Made by a program: the position numbers and the translations under genes. A stretch of DNA of 64,000 bases from a bacterium (lineage in GTDB: Bacteria > SAR324 > XYD2-FULL-50-16 > G965216635). The notes under the pieces were generated by a model that saw nothing but the letters and a program-made list of their open reading frames with translations, ran no database searches and had not been told where the DNA came from. The stretch spans positions 991,058-1,055,057 of the forward strand of contig OZ244188.1 in NCBI GenBank assembly GCA_965216635.1, in the 5' to 3' direction. Positions 21,267 to 34,004 of this stretch are shown one piece after another; the first letter of the stretch is position 1, and every line of letters starts with the position of its first letter.

Positions 21267-22640
21267 CTATAAATTGGGTTTTATTTTCTGTAATACCTTG
21301 TTTCTATCTTTTTTATTAACACTAACAATAATTTTATCTCTCAAATGGAATTTGTAAGCACTGGTATTAAAAATTATTTTTTTATTTCTATAAACTGCTT
21401 CTAAAACAATACTATCTTCATCAAGATTTAGGCTACCTATAACTTCTTTGAAAGGATAACCTTGTAGACCGGGGTAATCTATAACCAATTCTAACATTTC
21501 CATAGAAGTGTTCTGAATATTATAATATTTTAAAATTTTTTTGCTATAAATAAAATGTCCCAAAAAACGAGCGGTCAATACATGCGAGCATACAGAGCGA
21601 ATATCTTTTTCAGAAAAAAAATTCAGTATAGCTTGATAAGATGGTTCTTCTACCAAACAAATCAACTGTTTTAAGGGCTGATCGTAAACCAAAAAACAAG
21701 AACTAACATTACTAGCGACATCTTTATTGACCGCAACAAAAATATCAGCGTGTTCTATATTTTCATCTAATAATCCTTGTTTGTCTAAAGAAGAGAGATT
21801 GAGAACCATAATATCATCAAATTTTTCTGCTAGCCAACGACATCTTTCTATATCAGGTTCCACAATTTTCACATGAAAATTAAAACTAGAGTCATTTAAA
21901 ATTTTCGCTAAGTTATACCCGTCTTCGCCTCCACCAGCAATTACAATATTGCTTTTTTCATCTCTATAATACCCCAATATTTTTCTTAGCTGCCTTAAAT
22001 TTCTTTTAGAACAGAAAAAATACACAACATCTCCTTTTTGCAAAATATCCGTAGTTTTAACTCTGCAAAACTGACCTTCTCTTTGGATGCCAACGGGAAC
22101 AATAGAGTTTTCTCGGAGTTTTTTAGAAATAGAATTGATTGATTGGTTGCAAATTTTACAAAAATCAAGAATATTAAACCCTATCATACTTAAACTGTTA
22201 TCAAAAAACCAAAATTGTTCTATAGAATTAGGAGTTTCTATATGTCTTGTGATTTCTCTTGCAAGTAGTTCAGATGGATTAACAATAAAATATTTGCCTA
22301 ATTCTGTTTCTAGACTTTCCTGAGCTTCTTCTAGTTTTAAGTGTTGGTTGCGACAAACAATATGGGGTACCTTGTATTCTGAAACGGTTTTACAAGCAAT
22401 AAGATTGGTTTCATCAGAGGCTGTGACTGCAAAAAAAAGTTCTGTATTTTTAAAAAAAGATTGATTGAATAATTCAGAGTGGTTAAAATCCTCTTGAATC
22501 GTTGTAATCAATTGTTTGTTTTTAAAAAGCTCCAAAGCCTGCGCAGATTTATCAATTAGGGTGACTTTGAGACATTCTCTTTCACAAAACTCCATAAAAT
22601 GAGAGCCCACATTACCAGCTCCTAAAACTACAATTTTCAT
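21267..22640 (-). CDS. trkA: Trk potassium uptake regulatory subunit
   Basis: Two RCK_N domains (GAGNVG, AGGGEDG) with RCK_C domains. Confidence 0.9.
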   Translation of the reverse strand: MKIVVLGAGNVGSHFMEFCERECLKVTLIDKSAQALELFKNKQLITTIQEDFNHSELFNQSFFKNTELFFAVTASDETNLIACKTVSEYKVPHIVCRNQHLKLEEAQESLETELGKYFIVNPSELLAREITRHIETPNSIEQFWFFDNSLSMIGFNILDFCKICNQSINSISKKLRENSIVPVGIQREGQFCRVKTTDILQKGDVVYFFCSKRNLRQLRKILGYYRDEKSNIVIAGGGEDGYNLAKILNDSSFNFHVKIVEPDIERCRWLAEKFDDIMVLNLSSLDKQGLLDENIEHADIFVAVNKDVASNVSSCFLVYDQPLKQLICLVEEPSYQAILNFFSEKDIRSVCSHVLTARFLGHFIYSKKILKYYNIQNTSMEMLELVIDYPGLQGYPFKEVIGSLNLDEDSIVLEAVYRNKKIIFNTSAYKFHLRDKIIVSVNKKDRNKVLQKIKPNL

Positions 22641-22793
22641 AGTTATTCTATTTTTTGAGAATTAAATTGAACCAGTTTTTATTTGAGTTGCCATTCTTTT
22701 ATTTTTTTTTCCATAGAAATTATAAACTACTACTTTTTTTAAAAAATAAAAAATCAAAAAAGATTGGGGGTAAGTAAAACGAGAATTTTAGAT

Positions 22794-22808
22794 GAAACCT
22801 TTGAATTA
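22794..22808. mobile_element. Solo element end overlapping ferredoxin stop
   Basis: GAAACCTTTGAATTA. Confidence 0.45.
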
Positions 22809-23036
22809 GGCTGCATCGTTGCCAATGGCTTCTACAGGACAAGACTCGTAGGCTTCTTGGCAAGCATTTTCTTCTTCTAGGTTGGTAGGTTGTTTGTAGA
22901 CAATATCGTGGTCTTGGGCAAGACTATGGCAAAAATTTTGAGGAGAAATTTCGGAGCACAAACCACAATCTATACAGTCATGATCCACATAGTATTTTCC
23001 AGCAACATTATCTTCGTAGCGGTTTTGGTTTGACAT
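22806..23036 (-). CDS. Ferredoxin (single cluster)
   Basis: CIDCGLC ... CPVEAI. Confidence 0.9.
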   Translation of the reverse strand: MSNQNRYEDNVAGKYYVDHDCIDCGLCSEISPQNFCHSLAQDHDIVYKQPTNLEEENACQEAYESCPVEAIGNDAA

Positions 23037-23048
23037 AATTCAAACTCC

Positions 23049-23453
23049 TTATTGTTTGATATTTACTAATTGCTGGCGAGTTTGTGAACGGTGAATTTTA
23101 TTTTTTAATTTTTCTTGGATTACGATTTCAACTTTTTCTGTTTCTATAGCTACCATTTTTTTCAATGCGTTTTTTTCTGCCAATTTAGCTCTTTCTAAAT
23201 CTACTTTTTCTTCGCAAAGTTTTACAGCAATGGAAACTTTATCCGATTTTACTTGAACAAATCCATGATGCACCGCAAAACAACTTTTTTCTCCTTGATT
23301 TTGAATACAAAGTACTCCAGAGCGGATAATACTTAAAAGATTAGCATGCCCTGTAAGTATACCTATTTCTCCAGCTAGTGTGGAAATAACTACTTCCTCT
23401 GCCTCTTTTTTGAGTAGTTTTTTCTGTGGAGTTATTAATTCTACTTTTAACAT
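23049..23453 (-). CDS. atpC: ATP synthase epsilon subunit
   Basis: ELITPQK...GEIGILTGH...VHHGFVQV. Confidence 0.9.
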   Translation of the reverse strand: MLKVELITPQKKLLKKEAEEVVISTLAGEIGILTGHANLLSIIRSGVLCIQNQGEKSCFAVHHGFVQVKSDKVSIAVKLCEEKVDLERAKLAEKNALKKMVAIETEKVEIVIQEKLKNKIHRSQTRQQLVNIKQ

Positions 23454-23498
23454 ACGCTATATTATTTTTTGGATAATTTTTTTTTCATTTTTCTGTCA

Positions 23499-23972
23499 TT
23501 ACTCTAATCCTATTCTCCCTAGATAATTACAAAATCTTTGAGATAATAATTCACGATGCAAAGTAACTAGGGTCGCAACATATCTTTGAGCTTGATCTAA
23601 AATAAAATTTTTTTCAAATGTATAATAACGTTTAAAATCAATTACTAATGCTTTTAATTTTAAATTTTCTCCAAAGTAATGAAATCTAGCAAGTTCATTA
23701 TCTTTTAATAATTTTTTTTTTGTATTCCCTTGAATAGGACTCATGGTATTTCCCTCTATATAACTTCCGTCTATAACGAATTCACATTCATACATAGGCA
23801 ATAACATAATACTTGGTAAATTAAAATTATTTAAGGAATGCTCAATATCACACGATTGTGAAATAATAATAGATTTTGACAGAGTTAATCTTTTTTCATC
23901 AGATAAGTCTATTTCTAATTCTTTCAATATTGTTCCTTGTGTTATTTTTTTATTTACATCATATTCATACAT
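23499..23972 (-). CDS. Hypothetical protein (QG..IIISQSCD..RELLSQRFCNYLGRIG), third gene of TIGR04255-like triad
   Basis: SQxCD and C-terminal RxG motifs recall proteins found beside TIGR04255 genes; PemK-like strand pattern. Confidence 0.65.
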   Translation of the reverse strand: MYEYDVNKKITQGTILKELEIDLSDEKRLTLSKSIIISQSCDIEHSLNNFNLPSIMLLPMYECEFVIDGSYIEGNTMSPIQGNTKKKLLKDNELARFHYFGENLKLKALVIDFKRYYTFEKNFILDQAQRYVATLVTLHRELLSQRFCNYLGRIGLE

Positions 23973-23983
23973 AATAAATATAA

Positions 23984-24220
23984 TTATCCCATTTTTCTAT
24001 CGTATTTAGATTTTGGAAGTATAGTAGGATTTGTTGGAAAAAATGTAGCAAAAATTTCATTTCTACAATTAGTCGTGGTTTTATCAATAAAATAAATAAA
24101 ATTATAACGCTCTATTTCCTCTTTTTTTGCCTCTACAGGCTCTCTTCTTATATTATACCTGTTATACTCATTCTCGTTAAGTCTCCAAAGGTCTAAATCT
24201 TTACCTACTAATTTATTCAT
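23984..24220 (-). CDS. Small hypothetical protein, middle gene of triad
   Basis: 78 aa ORF with 11-12 nt gaps to both neighbours. Confidence 0.55.
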   Translation of the reverse strand: MNKLVGKDLDLWRLNENEYNRYNIRREPVEAKKEEIERYNFIYFIDKTTTNCRNEIFATFFPTNPTILPKSKYDRKMG

Positions 24221-24232
24221 ATTTTTTTATTT

Positions 24233-24973
24233 TTAAGTTTGCAATTCTTTCTTTAAAGAACTTGTAATGCTTTTAAAGAAAAGTGATTCAATTATCTCAT
24301 GCATAGCATCTAATTTCTTATCAACTTCATTTTCATTCACATTCAAACAAACAGCATCATAATCTAAAAGAAAATTTTCTTTTTCTAGTGGTGATGGATA
24401 ATTTTCATTATAATTTCCAAATAAAAAAGTAGTATCAATACTATTATCATCATTTCGATAACTGAGTCTATTTAAGTTTATAGATTTTTGAAACATTGAA
24501 GATTTACGATTTTTTGATATAAAATCAAAAAACTTATTATTAGATAGTAAATATTCGTGGACACATTTTTTCAAATTGCCTTTTAGTATATTTATATATC
24601 TAAAGCCTATTCTACTAACATACTTGAATGAAGGTTCTTTTTTTAAAATTTTTAATGCTTCTAAAAACCGTGTTTTTAAGTTTTCATACCCTATATACTT
24701 CTTAAATTCAAAAAAACAAAACACATCACTAACACCAAAATTATTATTTTTATTATCAAAATATTTATAAACAGGAAAATTTCTTTGGTCAAGTATTCTC
24801 CTATTATTCAAAAAAACTTCCTTAGTCTCTGTGTTTTGTTCTACTATGTTTTTTTCTGGGTATTTTTTATGAAAAGTCTCTTCAAATTCTTTATGAGTAA
24901 ATCTCTTAATCTGCTCAAAATCAATTTTTAAAATAACTGAATCTAAATAATGTTGGTTAGTAGATAAATTCAC
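24233..24973 (-). CDS. TIGR04255-family-like protein
   Basis: LDSVILKIDF...YKY...SRIGFRYIN...FLLDYD...HEIIESLF pattern. Confidence 0.75.
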   Translation of the reverse strand: MNLSTNQHYLDSVILKIDFEQIKRFTHKEFEETFHKKYPEKNIVEQNTETKEVFLNNRRILDQRNFPVYKYFDNKNNNFGVSDVFCFFEFKKYIGYENLKTRFLEALKILKKEPSFKYVSRIGFRYINILKGNLKKCVHEYLLSNNKFFDFISKNRKSSMFQKSINLNRLSYRNDDNSIDTTFLFGNYNENYPSPLEKENFLLDYDAVCLNVNENEVDKKLDAMHEIIESLFFKSITSSLKKELQT

Positions 24974-25007
24974 TGTGGTTTATATTTTTTAAGTTAATTT
25001 TATTAGT

Positions 25008-26603
<1,596 letters not shown>

Positions 26604-26611
26604 TTATATGA

Positions 26612-27577
26612 TTAATTCGCTTTAACAGTGTCAATCAAAAACTTATAAAATTCTTCTGCTTTATCGTAATACTCTTTTTGAAGAAATGAAAATGGAAAAC
26701 TTTTATTTTCTACAACATCAGGACTTACAGTAGGGCTGTAATTCTCACTTGTTACTTTTGTGGCTTCTCTTTTCATTTCTAGTTTGGCTAAAATACTTGC
26801 CATTTCTTCTCTATCTTTTTTTTCTAAAGCAGATATTTTTTTTCCAAATTCACTTTTAACATAAATTTCTCCATCCGTGTCGGGACTAATAGCTTTTAAT
26901 TCATTTAGCAGATTTTCTAATTTTTTTAATTTTTTGTTGTATTCAATAGAATAGTCTCTTAAAAAAACTTTTAATACCATCAAAATTTCACTGAAGCTCA
27001 GACTCTCTTGAAAGGCTACCTGTTTGATTTTAATGAGTTCTTTTTGCTCTAGTGTTTTTATAAAATTTTCTTGCAGTATATGATAAAAAGCATCCTGTTG
27101 TATATCGTAATCATTGGTATAAGGAAATCTCATATAGTTTATTAATTTCTTTTTATTATTTTCAAAAACAACATCCGCTTGAATTTTTTTTGAAATTTTT
27201 TCACCCTCATCGGATAACTGCAAAGGTGATTGGGATTTTAACAAACCTTTTTCTTTAAGAACAACTACTAGAGAAGTCAATTCTCTCGCTATTTCAGAGA
27301 TTGTCGTAATGGTCGCTTCAAATTTTTCATTTATTCTATCAAATTTTCTATCTACAGCATCAAATTTTCTATTAAAGGTAGCATTGTTCTCTTCAAATTT
27401 TCTATTAAAGGTAGCATTGTTCTCTTCAAATTTTCTATTAAAGGTAGCATTGTTCTCTTCAAATTTTTTATAAAACATTAGTTTTATAGAAAGTAGCAAG
27501 ATAATAGCTAAAAGTATAAAAATAACACTATCCCCTGTTATACCTGTAATCTGCAAAAAGTTAATTATGTTTTGCAT
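26612..27577 (-). CDS. Membrane-anchored coiled-coil protein with 3x11-aa repeat
   Basis: N-terminal TM, (KFEENNATFNR)x3. Confidence 0.7.
   Translation of the reverse strand: MQNIINFLQITGITGDSVIFILLAIILLLSIKLMFYKKFEENNATFNRKFEENNATFNRKFEENNATFNRKFDAVDRKFDRINEKFEATITTISEIARELTSLVVVLKEKGLLKSQSPLQLSDEGEKISKKIQADVVFENNKKKLINYMRFPYTNDYDIQQDAFYHILQENFIKTLEQKELIKIKQVAFQESLSFSEILMVLKVFLRDYSIEYNKKLKKLENLLNELKAISPDTDGEIYVKSEFGKKISALEKKDREEMASILAKLEMKREATKVTSENYSPTVSPDVVENKSFPFSFLQKEYYDKAEEFYKFLIDTVKAN
27362..27466 (-). repeat. 3x33-bp perfect coding tandem repeat
   Basis: AAATTTTCTATTAAAGGTAGCATTGTTCTCTTC at 27362, 27395 and 27428. Confidence 0.95.
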
Positions 27578-27590
27578 ATTTTAAAAATTC

Positions 27591-28514
27591 CTAATTGATA
27601 GATTCTGCTCCAGAAATAATTTCTGTTAGCTCTGTTGTAATGTTTGCTTGTCTCGCTCTGTTGTATTGGATTTGCAATTTGCTAATTAAATCATTAGCGT
27701 TATTCGTGGCAGAATCCATAACCCGCATCCTAGAAGCATGCTCGCAAGCAAAATTATCCAAAAGACAAAGATAGCAAAGGTTTTCAAGGTAGGTCGGGAT
27801 GAGCTGTTCACAGACTTCTTTAGTGGAGGGTTCAAAAATAAAATCTGCTAATTCTGTGTTTTCGTCCTTCTTTTTATTTACAATTTGCTCTGACTCTGTT
27901 CTTTCTGTATTTGGTTTTTCTGGTTCTGTTGGGAGTGCTAAAGGTAGCAATTTTTGAATACAAGGCTCTTGTGTAATAGCAGATTTGAAATAATTAAAAG
28001 CAAGGTAAATTGCTTTGTATTCTCCGTTTAAAAAATCTCTGATCAGACTTTGGGCTGATTTTGGCACCTCTTGTTTGAGAATATTTTCTTTTAATCTATA
28101 ATGCCCGTTTTGAATAGAAAAATCTTTGCTCTGAAAAAAATCTTTCCCTTTTTTTCCGATGATGAATAATTCCGGGTTAAGCTGTTTTTCGCTCATAAAA
28201 CTCTCCAATTTTTTGCACAAACTAGAATTTAAAGCACCGCAAAGTCCTCTATCCGAAGTATAGAGTAAAATTGCTACTTTTTGATCCGCTTGTTCTGTTT
28301 CTTCCTTTTCTAAAAAGACCTCTAAATGCTCAACTGCTTTTTGTTGTAAAGATAAAACCATTTCTTTAAGGGCTTGGTTATAATACCTACTATTTTCTAT
28401 GTCTAGTCTAGCACGGTGCAATTTAGACGCAGAAATCATAGTCATAGCTCTCGTGATCTTCTGTGTGTTTTGAACGGAAACTATTCTTTTACGAATTTCT
28501 TTAAGGTTTGCCAT
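27591..28514 (-). CDS. atpG: ATP synthase gamma subunit
   Basis: MANLKEIRKRI, SDRGLCG, RQANITTELTEIISGA; start moved to 28514. Confidence 0.97.
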   Translation of the reverse strand: MANLKEIRKRIVSVQNTQKITRAMTMISASKLHRARLDIENSRYYNQALKEMVLSLQQKAVEHLEVFLEKEETEQADQKVAILLYTSDRGLCGALNSSLCKKLESFMSEKQLNPELFIIGKKGKDFFQSKDFSIQNGHYRLKENILKQEVPKSAQSLIRDFLNGEYKAIYLAFNYFKSAITQEPCIQKLLPLALPTEPEKPNTERTESEQIVNKKKDENTELADFIFEPSTKEVCEQLIPTYLENLCYLCLLDNFACEHASRMRVMDSATNNANDLISKLQIQYNRARQANITTELTEIISGAESIN

Positions 28515-28533
28515 TGTTAGTTTTTTACTGTAT

Positions 28534-28923
28534 TTATCCCCAAAGCCGTTTGATCTGCAGCCGAATAGATTTGTCTGCAATTCTAGTAAATCTATACCTT
28601 TGTTTATAAAGAATAGGTACAGCTACATTGTTAATAGTTACTCTAATACCTAATGTGTTTGTACTGTAACTAAATTTTTTTTTATCAGCACTAGTAAAGT
28701 CTTTATTCATAATAGTAATATCCTGCGGTGTTGCCTCTGCTCTTCCAATATGTTTAATTTGATAACCATCCGCTATAGCAATCAAATCTCCTTCTTGGAC
28801 ACTACTAAAGTTTCTTGTACTTCTATAAGCAAAAACAATTTCATACTTTAAAAAAACATCCATAATAGAAAACTTTTTGTTTCCTTGAGAATGCCAATTT
28901 GAACCTACTTTCCAAATTTCCAT
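28534..28923 (-). CDS. Hypothetical protein, possible EVE/PUA-like domain
   Basis: IWKVGSNW...QEGDLIAIADG...IG pattern; tightly spaced to atpG. Confidence 0.55.
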   Translation of the reverse strand: MEIWKVGSNWHSQGNKKFSIMDVFLKYEIVFAYRSTRNFSSVQEGDLIAIADGYQIKHIGRAEATPQDITIMNKDFTSADKKKFSYSTNTLGIRVTINNVAVPILYKQRYRFTRIADKSIRLQIKRLWG

Positions 28924-28956
28924 AGTTTTTATATTAAATTAAGCTATTGAACTGGT

Positions 28957-28987
28957 TAAAATCTTTTTAGGAAAAACTAAAGCTATT
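28957..28987. repeat. 31-bp direct repeat, copy duplicated from menA 3' end
   Basis: TAAAATCTTTTTAGGAAAAACTAAAGCTATT identical at 28957-28987 and 29669-29699. Confidence 0.9.
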
Positions 28988-28990
28988 TCC

Positions 28991-29131
28991 TCATTCAAAG
29001 GTAATAAAAGCTACAATGCCAATAATAGTAGCCCAAGTATGAATCCAACCTATGTTTCTATTTTTGGTAGAATTTAATAATTTTTTATCACTTTTACCTA
29101 TTTTTATTTTTTTTAGGTGTGGAGGATTCAT
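28991..29131 (-). CDS. 46-aa small ORF with C-terminal hydrophobic helix
   Basis: Manual translation MNPPHLKKIKIGKSDKKLLNSTKNRNIGWIHTWATIIGIVAFITFE; ATG directly follows the Panacea stop. Confidence 0.5.
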   Translation of the reverse strand: MNPPHLKKIKIGKSDKKLLNSTKNRNIGWIHTWATIIGIVAFITFE

Positions 29132-29623
29132 TTAAGCCAATACTTCCTTTTTAAAATATTCTTTTATTACTTCAGCATCAATTTCAATATTTATTTTTCC
29201 TTCTTCATAGAATTTATCCCAAGGAGTGCCCGTATCGTGTGTTCTATCTATTAACTCTCCCGTAGGCATATCACCATATTCTTCCTTGATAACCTTTAGA
29301 GTTTCAAATGCTTCTTCATCGTCCTCATCTATCATAGGATAAATGAGCTTATCTTTGACTGGGTTATGAATATAAGAAAGCTCTTTAATTTTGCCGTAGC
29401 TATATTTTTTAAACTCGTGGTAGATAGAAGGAATCACGGGACCCAAACGCCAAGCCTGTATAGGCTCTTTAAACAAAATTCTATTGTAATAAGCGTAAGC
29501 CACTCCAAAAGCAAGATAGACAAATTTATTGAGTCTAATATTATCTACATAATCTAAATTATCTATAAAGTAATTCGCCAGATGTGCTGGAGTATAATAT
29601 TTGTTTTCTTTTTTTTTAGTCAT
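29132..29623 (-). CDS. Panacea-domain (DUF4065, SocA/GepA-like) antitoxin
   Basis: RLNKFVY...LFKEPIQAWRLGPVIPSIY...THDTGTPW. Confidence 0.85.
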   Translation of the reverse strand: MTKKKENKYYTPAHLANYFIDNLDYVDNIRLNKFVYLAFGVAYAYYNRILFKEPIQAWRLGPVIPSIYHEFKKYSYGKIKELSYIHNPVKDKLIYPMIDEDDEEAFETLKVIKEEYGDMPTGELIDRTHDTGTPWDKFYEEGKINIEIDAEVIKEYFKKEVLA

Positions 29624-29650
29624 TTTTCAAAATTTAAGTTTCTCCATAAT

Positions 29651-30613
29651 TTAAGAAATTATTAAAGGTAAAATCTTTTTAGGAAAAACTAAAGCTATTC
29701 CATAAGATAAGGCAATAAAAAACACAAAGAAACAATGTTTAGTATGAAATACATTATATTTTTTTTTAATTCTGCCGAGAGAAAAATTTATTTTAATAAG
29801 TGGTAAATAACATATTAGAAAAAGCCACTGATACCAATATAAAAATCTATAACTACTAGCCAAAATAAAAAAAGCTAAACTAACAAGAATAATTATTTTT
29901 TGATATAATTTTGCTTTTTTTTCTCCTAATCTAATAGCAATAGTTTTTCGTCCTCCTTTCTTATCAGACTTTATATCGCGAATATTGTTTAAATTGATTG
30001 CTGAGACAGCTAAAGTTCCTATAGCGATAGATTCTAAAAATAAAAAGTGATTGTAATTTAAGGTCAATAAAAAATAGCTTCCAATCACACCAACGGGTCC
30101 CTCAAAAATAAATATAGAAATATCTCCCAATCCAGTTTTACTATGAGGAGTTATTCCTAAACTATATTTTAGAGCTGCCCATAAGCAAAGCAATCCAATC
30201 AAAAACCATAGCCAGAAATAAAAAGATGTTATACTCTTAAAAGAAAAAAATAAAAGGACTACGCTTAGAAATATACAAAAAATTACTGCTGCAATGATTA
30301 TAGTTTTTATTGCTTTAGCAGAAATTTTTCCTGATCCAAATATTCTTTCAGGTCCTATTCTATTTTTACCATCTATTCCTCTTATACCATCTCCGTAATC
30401 ATTCGCCACAGATGCTACAAATTCTAAACAGGCGGCTGTTAGCAAAAGCAAAATACTCAGTTTCCAAGAAAAAAATCCATCCTCAAGGGCTAAAAAAATG
30501 CCTATTACAATAGAAGAAATAATTGTTAATATAAATTGAACTCTAATTAACTTCAAATAAACTAATTTTTTACTTAAGTTAATAATTTTAAATTTTTTTA
30601 TTTCTAAAAACAC
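29651..30613 (-). CDS. menA: 1,4-dihydroxy-2-naphthoate prenyltransferase (UbiA family)
   Basis: ANDYGDGIRGIDG..RIGPER and NNIRDIKSDKKGGRKTIAIRLG motifs. Confidence 0.85.
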   Translation of the reverse strand: MFLEIKKFKIINLSKKLVYLKLIRVQFILTIISSIVIGIFLALEDGFFSWKLSILLLLTAACLEFVASVANDYGDGIRGIDGKNRIGPERIFGSGKISAKAIKTIIIAAVIFCIFLSVVLLFFSFKSITSFYFWLWFLIGLLCLWAALKYSLGITPHSKTGLGDISIFIFEGPVGVIGSYFLLTLNYNHFLFLESIAIGTLAVSAINLNNIRDIKSDKKGGRKTIAIRLGEKKAKLYQKIIILVSLAFFILASSYRFLYWYQWLFLICYLPLIKINFSLGRIKKKYNVFHTKHCFFVFFIALSYGIALVFPKKILPLIIS

Positions 30614-30646
30614 ACAATTTAGCTGGCTTTTTTTTGCTGGTTTTAC

Positions 30647-32738
<2,092 letters not shown>

Positions 32739-32742
<4 letters not shown>

Positions 32743-33335
32743 AACCAGTTTTTTTGTTTTAGACTACCTAAAAAACTAGAAAAATACTTATCTTCGTTCA
32801 CTCCAATCGTCTTATCTTTGAGCTGTGTTTCAAATTTTTTTAAGGATAAATCTAAAATTTTCTTATAGAGTATATTTTTAGCATCTCTATATTCTTGGAG
32901 CATAACTATTTCGTTATTTTCCTCTAGTTTTTTAATAAGTTTTTTTGTATCTAAAAACATATTGTCTTTTTCTTGCTCTACTTCTTTGTAGTATTTTTTT
33001 TGTCTTATTTCCAGTTTTTCCTCCGTCTGCTGTAGTTTTTGTTTTAATTCTGTTAATTCTTGACTAATTTTTTTCTTTTCATCCAAAGTAGAAAAAAATG
33101 ATTTATACTCTCCTTGAGCTATAGCTTTCAGAGCTGCTACAATTTTTTTTTTGAAAAAAAACCAAAGAAGCCCAAAAAAAATGAAAAAGTTGATGGATTT
33201 GAGTAATAAATCCGTCCAGTTCGCCCCTTCTGCTCCATGTGCGCTTTCTGCAGCAAAAACAGAAAAACTAGTAATAGAAAAAACTAGCAATAGAAAAAAC
33301 AAACTGCTTAATAGTAGTGAAAATATTCGTTTCAT
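32739..33335 (-). CDS. atpF: ATP synthase b subunit
   Basis: Extended N-terminus, KSINFFIFFGLLWFF, coiled coil; position before atpH. Confidence 0.8.
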
Positions 33336-33353
33336 TATATTATCTTTATATTA

Positions 33354-33508
33354 TAGACCTTTTGAATTTGCGTTATGTGACGGCTAGCCAAATGGTTAGG
33401 CAGGTGCGAAAATTTGTAAAACAGCGGAGCATACACGCTAGTATGTGAGCATTTTTTACAAATTTTCAACGCTGCATAGGCTAAACAGAATGCAAATTCA
33501 AAGGTCTA
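33354..33508. mobile_element. Palindromic element between atpF' and atpF
   Basis: TAGACCTTTTGAATTTGC ... GCAAATTCAAAGGTCTA; core GCGGAGCATACACGCTAGTATGTGAGC; overlaps atpF' stop. Confidence 0.85.
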
Positions 33509-33952
33509 TGCTATTTTATTTTTTAAATCTTCCACCATACCATCCACTAAACTCTCTGTATTTTCTTCTATATTACGAAGATCTGCTTGGTATTCTTGGC
33601 GGGTTATTTTATTTTTTTCTTCTAGTTTTTGTTTGCTCTCATTTATCATCTCGTCTAGCTCCTGTTTCTTGTTTCTTAACTGATGAGCTCGGTGAGCAGA
33701 CAATTCTTGAACCGATTCTTCTTGAATCCTCCAAATAGTTGAATCTACCTTATCTTTTTCATTTTTAAGCTGAACTATTTCTGCTTCAAAACTTCCTTTG
33801 TTATTTTCTCTATTAATAATAGTGCGTAAGACTGGCTTAAATAGTAAAAAATGTAGTGAAATCACCAATAGAGAAAAGACTACTAAGACAAAAAGAGCAT
33901 TTGTCCACTCCAAGTGGAGCAAGCCAAAATTAAATATTGTATATTTTTCCAT
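33506..33952 (-). CDS. atpF2: ATP synthase b' subunit
   Basis: TM helix then LHFLLFKPVLRTI and coiled coil. Confidence 0.75.
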   Translation of the reverse strand: MEKYTIFNFGLLHLEWTNALFVLVVFSLLVISLHFLLFKPVLRTIINRENNKGSFEAEIVQLKNEKDKVDSTIWRIQEESVQELSAHRAHQLRNKKQELDEMINESKQKLEEKNKITRQEYQADLRNIEENTESLVDGMVEDLKNKIA

Positions 33953-34004
33953 TTATAAATTTTTTAATTAGAAGTGTTCTTTGTCATAATTCATACAGGA
34001 ATTT

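Noticed and set aside
28515-28580. N-terminal extension of atpG
   Set aside because: Overlaps the 129-aa ORF; the conserved MANLKEI start is at 28514.
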